Shown: one piece after another, positions 1 through 12,000 of the stretch
How the letters are laid out: every line of letters begins with the position of its first letter
Numbering within the stretch: position 1 is the first letter of the stretch
Origin: an uncultured Bacteroidota bacterium
GTDB taxonomy: Bacteria; Bacteroidota; Bacteroidia; Flavobacteriales; Flavobacteriaceae
NCBI GenBank assembly: GCA_902619315.1
Contig: CACNDW010000002.1
Span: 4,760-68,759, forward strand
Reading direction: 5' to 3'
Length of the DNA: 64,000 nucleotides
Notes under the pieces: model-generated
What the model saw: only the letters and a program-made list of their open reading frames with translations
Told to the model about the DNA's origin: nothing
Database searches by the model: none
Translations under genes and position numbers: made by a program

Positions 1-3000
1 GTAATTGTAGGATCATCAAGCTCAACTGTATCTGGATCATCTGAAGTATCTGAAACATTACCCGTAAATCCATTGGAGTCTCCAGTAACCTTCATTGAGT
101 TAGAGATAAATGGAGCAGAAAAAGCAATCTCATCAATTATAAACTGAGCGGAGTATACGTGCTGCTCACCTGATTGGAGTGTTCCAGCATCTGAAACAGG
201 GGTAACCCCTGATCTACTTACCAAGCCCGGTTGACCTGAATAAGACATTACTTGACCAATAGAATTTACAAATGTATCCTCGAGAACGTAATTAAAGATT
301 GTGGAGTCTCCAGTATTTGAAATTGTAATAGTGTAATTAATTAAATCACCAATATTGATTTTATTGTCACCATTAACATCTTGCCAGATTTGAGATTTTG
401 TGACATTTATTGAGGGGAAGAAGGATAACTGGGTAATGGTTGGATCGTTATCCTGAGGAGTTAAGGGGTCATCAGAAGTATCTGATACAACAGTGGAGTT
501 GATGGTCGACGCATTAACTTCTGCTTGATTTTTTATATATGCCAGATTAACTGCATCGGAACTTACAGTATAGAGTCCAGTTATTGTTTTAGAACTATTA
601 GAGCTGATTACACCAGCATAACTTCCAATATTTATCTCTGCTTTTGCCTGTGTAACACCTTCTGTAAAAATATATGGACTTGCTCCCTCTCCCTCCTCAA
701 GTTGTGCTCCCCAGAAGTAAGTGTATGTTCCATACTGGTGAGGACTGAAGCCATATCTACCTGTTCCAATAAAATCATCTGTTGTAAATACGATTTCATA
801 TCTCTTGAACTTGTAATTTTCAGAAAAAGTAAATGTTTTTGAGACCTGGGCAGACTGCACTAGCTGGTTATTCGCAGGAGGTTGGAACCCATGATGACCA
901 AATAAAGTAATATCTGTCCCCAGTGATCCCATCGCATATACAGAAAATGTGTAGGTGGTGTTAGCTTGAACATTAAACTGAAAGTGGGTATTGGCCGAAT
1001 AATTATTACCTCTAATGGCGAAAGATCCATATCCATTGTTCGTTATTTGGTGTCCTCCTCTAGGATTCTGATCATTTACCTCAACGTATCCTCTTCCCTG
1101 AGAAATAAGATTTCTCCAAATCGAATTATTTGTCAATTCATTATTGTCAAATAATCCCCCTGGAAGGAAATACTCAATCCCGTCAGGGAGGTATTGCGGT
1201 TGACTACCATCTTCAATTATAGATGTATTAACAATTGTGTTATGTCGATTGTTATCAATATGATAACTCCAAAGTAAATTATTTGTAGCGGCTCTGTCTG
1301 TAGCTATGCTTTGCGCAATTACAGTATCAGAATCCCCTGCAACGAGGTTATCGGTAATGTTTATATTTTGTATATCAGTATTACCATCATTAGTTACAGT
1401 GAATTGATATCTAATTACATCCCCTAAATCGGTCACTCCATTATTATTTACATCAACGGTTTCAAATGTTTTTTCAAGTGTAACTCCAGTAACTTCAGGG
1501 AAGTTTAGTATTGTTGGATCGTTATCAGCAGGGGTTGAAGGGTCATCCGAAACTTCAACAACAGGAGTTACTTGACCAAAGGGTACGGAACTTACTACTA
1601 TACTGTTAGACACAAGTGCCGAGTTAACTGTTGTCTGCTCAAGGGTGTAGGACATCTGAAGGGTAATCTGACCACCGGTTAAAATTTCAGTAATTGAAGA
1701 CCCCTCACTTGCTGAGACAAAACTTAAATTACTAGTAGTAAGAACATTACCATCACCATCGACTGTTGTATCGGTAAACTGCGGGTTGAGAAGGTTTAAG
1801 TTTCCTGTGTTAGATACTACAACTGTGTAAGTGATCACATCTCCAGGGCTTAAGAAACCATCTCCATTTTCAAAAGTTTGGGTAACTGTTTTGGTAATAT
1901 TCACAGCAGGAGCTGCAGTAAGTAATGTCTTGGTGGTATCGTCTTGCTCTGCGCTATTAGGATCATCAGAGGTGTCTGATACAATCCCCGCGGTACTGCT
2001 TGCCGTTGCCACAACAGAGTTTGCTATAAATCCTGAAGCCATCATGCTGTTATTGACGGTAACTGATGCAGTATAGGTTGAGAATTCACCTACTTGGATC
2101 TCTCCCTGGTTTGATCCTAGACTATTGCTCACAAATACAGGACCATTTAACTGGTTTGTTACATCATTGAAGAAAGAGTCTTGTAATGTATCTGACAAGG
2201 TGACCGAGCTTAGTTTAATATTACCAGTATTACTAACTATAATGGTATAGGTTACTATATCGTTAGTATCGTTTATTCCATTTCCATTTACATCTGAGAC
2301 CGTTGCTGATTTAGTAACATTAATAGTGGGTGATCTTAGAAGTGTGATTTGTGTTTGATCTTCAGGTAAAGCCGTAGAAGGATCATCAGACACATCAGAA
2401 ACAACTGTTGAGGTTGGGGTTAAAGCAGTTGCAATAAGCGTATTTGAAATTCCCCCTGTCTCAATATCTGATTGAGTTATGGTATAGGTAACCGTGTAGG
2501 TATAGGAGGATCCTGCCAGAAGAGTTGTCTCTGAAATGGTAGTCGCTGACGAAGAGGACGATTGCCCCCCTGCTGATCCTGCTGGATAAGGCACCCCAGA
2601 GTTATACCACACCCACCCCTGATCATGATCCTCTCCCCAATCGTTTTCTCTCGATTTCTCTCTAACGAGTCCAATCCAGTAGCCGTTGTAATTCCCCTGA
2701 GCTCTTAACCAATCAGCTTCAGCTATGGTATTTATCTCTAACAGATAAATCCCCTCTGAGGGTATGTGGTAATAATCTCTGTATGAAGACCAATATCTAT
2801 TACTATAATTTGCCCAAAAATAAGAATGACCATTATATTGCCCGATATAATTCTCATTGCTAACAGATGGAAGGGTAGTTACCAGCGCGTCCACTTCTAT
2901 TAGAGCATTTCTTTGACCCCACCAAACTGCATCATCAAAATAGGTGGAATTGCCATTATCCTCAAAAAAAGCATAGTTATATCTATTACCATAACTGTTG

Positions 3001-6000
3001 TCATATTGGAAGCTGTTGAAAGTACCAGATAAATCCTCAAAATAAGAACTGTAACTAGATGAATTTCCACTGCTTCTGTTAACCTCAAGGGTGTATGAAT
3101 CAGTTTTGGTTATCGGTGAATCGAAACCAAGAGTGGTTCCATCAAAATCAGTAAGCGTATCGGATAACTGAAGGCTAACAAGATCAATATTTCCAGTATT
3201 GGAGACAATGATGGTATATACCGCCTGATCTCCAATACCAATTATACCATCACTATCGTTATCTATGGTATTAACAGATTTGGTGACTTGCAGGTTAAAA
3301 ATTTGATCTAAATTAACTTCTGCGGGATCATCCACTGTATTTCCGTCACTATCATCATTATCATCAGAAATATCTGTTATGCTTTGCGATCTTGAGGTTA
3401 CAATAAGGCTATTTGAAATCACACCAGCGTTCATATCCTCAGTTGTAATGGTGTAATCAAAAGTGAATGACACTGAGCCATCAGCCGGGATTGTTGAGAC
3501 ATACTCAGTACTACTACTACTAAGAAATAAATTACCTTTCACATCTGTCCAGGAGGTAGGTTGATTATAACTATTACGAGAACTGTATCTTGGGTTTTGA
3601 TAAATTCCTATCCAATGCCAATCACCTTGACGAGTCAACTTAGGTTTAAGCCATACATTATGTTCGTCGTCGGAATTTGGAATGTATAGATATGCATTAT
3701 CTCCGTAGGCTGCAAATTCTTGGTTGTTTATTCTATTTGCATGGGCAAACCAAGTAGCAGTAAATGTAGATTCAAAATAATGATGCCCCTCATACTCACC
3801 AAGATAGTTGTAGTCATTACCCACATCAGTTGAACTTATTGCTCCCTCTATCTCGACTATGGCGCGATAACTACTAGGTCCATTGTAATTACGATATCCA
3901 AAATTATATTGGTTTGGTTGTACAAATACAAAATCATACATATTTGAGGAGTATCCAGAAGCATTAGAATCGGGATAACCCCAAGCAGTAGCCCAGTAGT
4001 TATATGGAGTTTGATCTTGACTTGCATTTTCATCATAGAGTTGTAATACTATGTCACCGTAGCTTGAGTAGCCATATGTGACTCCATCAATGGTCTCATT
4101 CACCCAATTATATGAAGTATTTCTATTCCAATTGTAAATAAAAGTTGTGGCTTCAGCTCCTTCTTCCAACTGAATGCCCCAGAATCTTGAACATCCTCCA
4201 CAATCATTTCCTGGGGGATGAATTCCCACTCGGGCATTGTTTGTCCCAGCAAGTGGACTAGTGGTAAAGGTGAAAGTGTAGCGGTTTAAATTATTGGTCT
4301 GATCAAGCTGAATCTCGTCTGATTTAATAGCATCTGCCCAATTATAGGTATTATCACGACCATCATGAATAACAAATCTAAATGGAGCGTTAGCAGTGTT
4401 TGTCTTTCTTCCATAAACTGAAATAGTATATGTTGTATTAGGTTTAAGCCTCATTGTTTTGTATACATAATCATCGTCATAAGTTGTACCATTTCCATTG
4501 GTGAAAACATACCACGGCCTGGTTCGAGTATCGTAATCTGCCCTAGTGACACCTGAGCTTGGTCGGTTAATATTATACCCTTCCATAGTATCGTATACAT
4601 AGCTGGAATTATCGTAGTTTAAAAGATGATATGGTATTCCTCCAATTGCATTATCATTTGTTTCAGAGGCTTCTACACTACCCACCTCAGACCAATCCCA
4701 ACCATTGTCATCTACCGCCCAGGAGTACCAAAAATAATTTTGACCTTTACCTATCAAAGGATCACTTATCTGAATTGTTTTTGTGCCTGTAGAGGTTTGA
4801 AGAATGTCAGTTATTTCAAAGTCTTCAAGGTTAGTCTGCCCTGTATTATTAATTGTTGCTTTAAAGGTAATTACATCCCCTGCATCAGTTAAATTATTCC
4901 CATTAGTATCTGTTATACTTTCGACCTCTTTTAAAACTTCAATACCTTTAAGATTATCAAGGTTTGTGAAGGTGGGGTCATCCTCAGCTGCAGTCGAAGG
5001 ATCATCACTCAAACTTGTCATAGTAACTGTTAGTCCAGAGGGCGTAACAAATTCTATATCAGCGGTGACCTGATTATAAAGCTCCTGGGCGGCATCAATA
5101 ATCGATTGATCAAGAGTTAGAGTAACTATATATGTGGCTGATACACCTGGCGCTATGGATGAATCTCTCGGGTCTGCCGACATGTAAAGGGGTGTGGCGT
5201 TTGAAACATCAGGAGATGCGGAATAAGTGTAGGTGTAAATAGGAGACATTTCACTACCTTTTTCTAATTGCATTCCATAAAAATTAATACCATATCCATT
5301 CCAATGTGGGTATTGGATTCCTACTCTTGTAGTACCTACGGTATTACCTGTGGTGAATGTGTGGAAAAAACGCTTGTATTTATATTCATTTAAATAAAAT
5401 CTGGTGGATTTTTGAACATTATTCCAGTTTGTATTATAATTAGTGCTCCACGAAGGATCCGATCCTGAGTGAAACAGTAGATAGAATCCATCTGCCCATT
5501 CATTATTCATAGATCCAATGGCACCACTTTCTCTAGGCATTGCAAATACTGAGAGGGTATAGTCAGTATTAGGTTCTAAGTTTTCAATTTCGACGTACTT
5601 CCAATTCATTCCCCAGACACTAGTAGAGTTATAATTGGAGGCTGAATTGTAAAAGTTAATTTGGTGGTTAAAATAATTTGTTGCTGAAACAATTTTATAT
5701 CCCTCTGAATTGCCACCACTACTGTCGGTATATCCCACAGTAAGACCTGTTTGAGCGGGTGATGCTCCAGTTGAATTTCCAGCATAATATATATAAGTGT
5801 CATCAAGCGCTGGAATCCATGGTCGAGAATAACTTTGATGATCGTAATAACTAGTACTGTTATAATAGGCGTAATCAATGTGCCAATAGTTTGAGTCCCA
5901 GGTATTTTGATTTCCGATATAAGAAAAATTTGATGATTTTAAAACGTAATTATAGGGTGGCATAACTGCCACGTAAGTGGATGTGCTTGACCAAACAACC

Positions 6001-9000
6001 TCGGGGTTTAAAATAGTCTGATCATTTTCATTAACGAGGTTGTCATTCAGGGTAAATGTAACACTAACCTCAGAGGTATTGGTAACTATTATCGTGTATA
6101 CAATTTGATCATTGAGTTGAATCAGTCCATCTCCATCCAAATCAATTGGATTGGCAGACTTAGTTATGCTAAGTCCAGGATTTACGCAGTTGACATCCCA
6201 GTTAATATCTACATAATCCTGTACGTTATTACTATTTTGATCTAAAGGGGTTGTGTATCCATCGGTTCCGCTTGTTACTTTTCCGTCAGCGTCTACAGTA
6301 ACTGGATTGTCACCCAGAAGCCCATCTAGATTCGGATCTGTGTATCCTGCTTCAACAACATCATTACAGCCATCATTATCTGAATCCAGATCAAACATGT
6401 CGACTGTCGTATCACTGTCTGTATCTGTGGGTGTTCTACTCTCTATTGTATCATGTGCACCGTTTGCATTGGCATCAACAAATCCCGCATCATTCTCATC
6501 TATCATTCCATCTCCGTTGGTATCCAGATCTGCATTTCCTGCCTCTACTACATCATAAATACCATCGTTGTCAGAATCTAAATCAATACCATTTCCTACC
6601 CCGTCACTATCAACATCACAATTAATCGATACCTGTGGAGTAAGACCAATGTTGTCAAGTAATATCGCCACATCTGATCCATTGGCATATGCAGAGAAAA
6701 GTATTGCTATCTTGTTGGTCGTTGCACTAGTGGTAAACTGGAAGGTCTGCTGAGCCCAATCACCTGGGGCCTCGGTTAGCTGACTTACTGCATAATCAGA
6801 ATCCATTCCCTGAACCTGAACAAGAGTAGAGCCTCCATCTGCAAAAGTAGCCGAGGAAATACCTCCATCCATATGGTAGAAGGTAAGGTTATAGGTAGTG
6901 TTAGGATATACATACTCCTGAACCATTATTCTATCAAAGTCTGCTATACCATATGAACTTTCATTCCAATAGGCCTGAGTATTGGCAGGGTCTGCAGTAC
7001 CTGATTCGGTAGCACTCTGAAGAAGCTCCATAAAGAATGTACCATCTTGTGGAGTCCAGTTCTTACCATTTACAAAACGTGTATCCCATATTCTTCCTCT
7101 TCCATCCACTGAGGTAAAGGGAGCAACTATATTAGCCACCGGGAAGGTGGAGTTGTAATTCGCATTTGCATTAACAGGTCCTCCGCCTGTATCAAAATTT
7201 TCAAATGAGAATCCGTCTACTGAGAAGTCTATACACTTCTCAAAGGTGTCTAGCACCCCATCGTTGTCATCATCTATATCCAAGAGATCTGGAATACCAT
7301 CCTGATCGTTATCAACACCAACGGCAAAGAACGTAGGATCATTCTCTGTGTTGCCATCTGTATCATCACCATTATCACTGACATCTTCGGTGTCATGCTC
7401 TGCTGGATTTGGATTCCTTTCCGAGGATCCGCTAAAGGTGATTGTGTTGTAAACACCACCTTCATCTAATACCTTTTGAGTAACGGTAAAGGTTGCGGTA
7501 TAGGTAATCACTCCTCCAAGGGCTAGGGTAGTGGCAGTAGAGCCATTAGTACCACTTACAAATACTGGCTGAGAGTCAAGAGAAAGTGGAACTCCTCTGG
7601 CTGAGGTAAGGGTGTCAGTAAAGGTTAAACCGTTAATCTGATCTGCGCCAGTATTGGAGACGGTTATGGTAAATACTATCTTATCTCCAATATTATCCAC
7701 CCCATTGCCATCATCAACCTTAGCCGCAGTTTTGGTTACCTCAAATGAGTTGAGCTGACCGGTGAAGGTTATTGTCTCATCATCCTCGGTATTACCATCT
7801 GTATCGTCACCATCATCACTGCTGTCTTGAGCTAGAATAGTTTGCACTCCATTTGGAAAGTGATATGAAGTGGCCACAACTTGGTTAATAACTCCCCCAG
7901 CTGTAACATCAGCAGCGACAATAGTGTATGTGGCAGTATATGAAGCAATTTCACCTGATTTTAAAGTCCTCTCAGCTGACCCCATAGAACTATCGTTGTT
8001 ATACTGCAAACCTGATCCGTCATAGCTTCTGGTATTGCTTGCAAGATCAGTTAGATTATCAGTCAAAAAGATTGATCTAAGAGTTATTAAGCCTGTATTT
8101 TCAATAGTAACAGTATAAACAAGTGAGTCTCCTGTACTCACCTCTCCATCACCATCTAAATCTGTATGACTAACTGTCTTCGTAACCTCTATACTTGGTG
8201 TAGCGGTAATTGAGTATACGGTGGGATCATCTCCGGTATCCCCTGCTCCGGTGAGTCCATCATCACTTGTGTCGCTTACAGTTAATTGACCTGTTAAATC
8301 ATTTGCTGTAACAATTACAGAGTTGGTAACCCCAAGATTATCCACCACATCTTGAGTGAGTGTATAACTAACGACGTAGGTTTTAACCTGACCTCTTGCA
8401 AGTTCGTTAGGGTCACTCGAGGTAATCGATGTAGAGAAGCTTAGTGTGTTAGATTCTAAGTCGGTAAAGGTGTCATTTAAAGAGAAATCTTTAAGGGTAA
8501 CATTACCTGAGTTTAAAATTGATATTATAAAAGCAAGAGTATCCCCAACACCAATTCTACCGTCTCCGTCATTATCTGTTGTGCTTACGGTTTTAGTAAC
8601 TGTAATCGATGGAGATTTTACAATTGGGTGATCAACATTTTCAGAGGTATCAGTCACAGTTTGTGTTCCACCTGTAACTGTTGGCGCCGAAGCCTCTACT
8701 GAAGCTACGTTTCTTGTCCCCCCAAAGTTGAAGGCTTGATCACTTATAGTAAAAGTTGCCGTAAAGGTTGAAAATTCACCTACAGCGAGGGTATCAGATG
8801 CGGACCCAAGTGATGAGGATACATGAGTGATGGAACTAGAAAGACTGAGCGTACCTGTGTCTAATCCTGAAAGTACATCTGTTATGGTAATATTGTTAAG
8901 CGGAGTATCTCCGGTATTTGATACCGTTATTGTATAGGAAATTATATCACCTTGGTTTCTGTCACCACTTGCGTCTGCGTCTGTTTCAGTGGCTGTTTTA

Positions 9001-12000
9001 GCAATTTCCACCGATGGGGTTACAACCAGAGAAATAATGGTTGGATCATCTTGCTGGGCTGTAAGGGGATCATCACTTGTCGATGTGGCTTGAAGAGTTA
9101 CTCCAGCTCGAGTAACTAAAGTTCCCGTGGCAGTAACTGAATTTACAAGTACTTGATGATTATCAACGATTCCTTGTGATAGGGTAAGAGTAACTTGATA
9201 GGTAGCTCCAACTCCTGGAGCTAGAACGTCTATTCTAGGATCAACTGATAAAGTTGCTGTTGTTGCCGATACAGTGTTATTATATGTGTAAGTGTATACA
9301 GGGGACATTGATGCGCCCTCTTCTAATTGGAATCCATAGAAATATGCTCCATAACCCTGGGCATATGGAGGAGCAATTCCCACTCTGGTCGTGCTTACAC
9401 TAGCATCAGTTGTAAAGGTGTGGGAGAATCTATAAACCTGCAAGTCATCGAAATAATACCTCGTGGACTTTTGAGCATTATCCCAGTTAGTAATGTAAGA
9501 GTTATTATTATCGACCCAATTCTCCGAATTTGAATCTCCATCATGGAATACAAACTGAAAACCTTTATTGTATATATTAGATCCTGTTTGGTTATTGTTA
9601 TATGCATATGCAAATACAGATACCGTATACTGGGTGTTTGGCTCAAGACCCTCAACCTGTTGATAGAACCACTGCTTTTCCCTTTCGTTACCCTCAGCAT
9701 AATTATCATCATTTCTGAATCTAATAAAGTGGTTATAATAATCTGAAGTACTTAAATCGGCAAAACCAGGAGTGGTTTGGGTTTTTAATGACTTATATTC
9801 AGGAACTACCTCCTGAGGAAGGACCTGTAATCCTGCTGAAGAAAACCCACTTTGAGCAAGGTTTGCCCCAGAATCTGTACTAAAATAAACTAAAGCCTCT
9901 GATGGTTGAATACTTTGATTCTGTCTGTAATCAATATTGCTACTTTGATCAGAACCTAATTTATGCCAATAACTATTACTATATGAGTTATAATTAAATC
10001 CAGCGGATCTTTTCACGTAGTTTTTAGGGATATTGTAGGTGGTAGGTGAGCTGAGTCCCACAAATTCTAGAGCTAAAGTTTGAATGGTCTGTGAATCCTG
10101 ATTTGTAAGTAGATCAGTAATCTCCAGTGGCAGAGCAATTTCTCCTGTGTTGGTAACCACCACAGTGTAGACGATCTGATCGTTAAGCCCAAGAACACCA
10201 TCACCGTTTACATCAATGGTTTGTGCTGTTTTTGTCATATCTAAACTCAAATTCTCATCGAAACAGGCAACATCATAAGCAGCTTCCAGATAATCTTTTG
10301 TGCCATTTGAATTTTGATCTGAAGGATCTGTATAGCCATCAACGCCACTAGTTACTTTTCCGTCAGCATCAACAGTAACCGGAGAGTTCCCCAGTAGTCC
10401 ATCATCATCTCCATCTGTATAGCCAGCTTCCTTAACATCATTACAACCATCATTATCTGAATCCAGATCAAACATGTCGACTGTCGTATCACTGTCTGTA
10501 TCTGTGGGTGTTCTACTCTCTATTGTATCATGTGCACCGTTTGCATTGGCATCAACAAATCCCGCATCATTCTCATCTATCATTCCATCTCCGTTGGTAT
10601 CCAGATCTGCATTTCCTGCCTCTACTACATCATAAATACCATCGTTGTCAGAATCTAAATCAATACCATTTCCTACCCCGTCACTATCAACATCACAATT
10701 AATCGATACCTGTGGAGTAAGACCAATGTTGTCAAGTAATATCGCCACATCTGATCCATTGGCATATGCAGAGAAAAGTATTGCTATCTTGTTGGTCGTT
10801 GCACTAGTGGTAAACTGGAAGGTCTGCTGAGCCCAATCACCTGGGGCCTCGGTTAGCTGACTTACTGCATAATCAGAATCCATTCCCTGAACCTGAACAA
10901 GAGTAGAGCCTCCATCTGCAAAAGTAGCCGAGGAAATACCTCCATCCATATGGTAGAAGGTAAGGTTATAGGTAGTGTTAGGATATACATACTCCTGAAC
11001 CATTATTCTATCAAAGTCTGCTATACCATATGAACTTTCATTCCAATAGGCCTGAGTATTGGCAGGGTCTGCAGTACCTGATTCGGTAGCACTCTGAAGA
11101 AGCTCCATAAAGAATGTACCATCTTGTGGAGTCCAGTTCTTACCATTTACAAAACGTGTATCCCATATTCTTCCTCTTCCATCCACTGAGGTAAAGGGAG
11201 CAACTATATTAGCCACCGGGAAGGTGGAGTTGTAATTCGCATTTGCATTAACAGGTCCTCCGCCTGTATCAAAATTTTCAAATGAGAATCCGTCTACTGA
11301 GAAGTCTATACACTTCTCAAAGGTGTCTAGCACCCCATCGTTGTCATCATCTATATCCAAGAGATCTGGAATACCATCCTGATCGTTATCAACACCAACG
11401 GCAAAGAACGTAGGATCATTCTCTGTGTTGCCATCTGTATCATCACCATTATCACTGACATCTTCGGTGTCATGCTCTGCTGGATTTGGATTCCTTTCCG
11501 AGGATCCGCTAAAGGTGATTGTGTTGTAAACACCACCTTCATCTAATACCTTTTGAGTAACGGTAAAGGTTGCGGTATAGGTAATCACTCCACCAAGGGC
11601 TAGGGTAGTGGCAGTAGAGCCATTAGTACCACTTACAAATACTGGCTGAGAGTCAAGAGAAAGTGGAACTCCTCTGGCTGAGGTAAGGGTGTCAGTAAAG
11701 GTTAAACCGTTAATCTGATCTGCGCCAGTATTGGAGACGGTTATGGTAAATACTATCTTATCTCCAATATTATCCACCCCATTGCCATCATCAACCTTAG
11801 CCGCAGTTTTGGTTACCTCAAATGAGTTGAGCTGACCGGTGAAGGTTATTGTCTCATCATCCTGGGTATTACCATCGATATCGTCACCATCGTCACTGCT
11901 GTCTTGAGCATAAACAGTTGCATTTCCATTAGGATAAATATAAGATGTAGCAACAATCTGGTTCATGACACCTCCTGCTGTAACATCAGCAGCGACAATA

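Noticed and set aside
6370-11863. Whether the near-identical 1.4-kb duplication is two copies of an insertion sequence or transposon
   Set aside because: There is no transposase ORF and there are no terminal inverted repeats. Both copies are in frame and encode the same TSP3/jelly-roll adhesin module as the diverged third copy. An assembly artefact cannot be excluded from sequence alone and is flagged in the findings.
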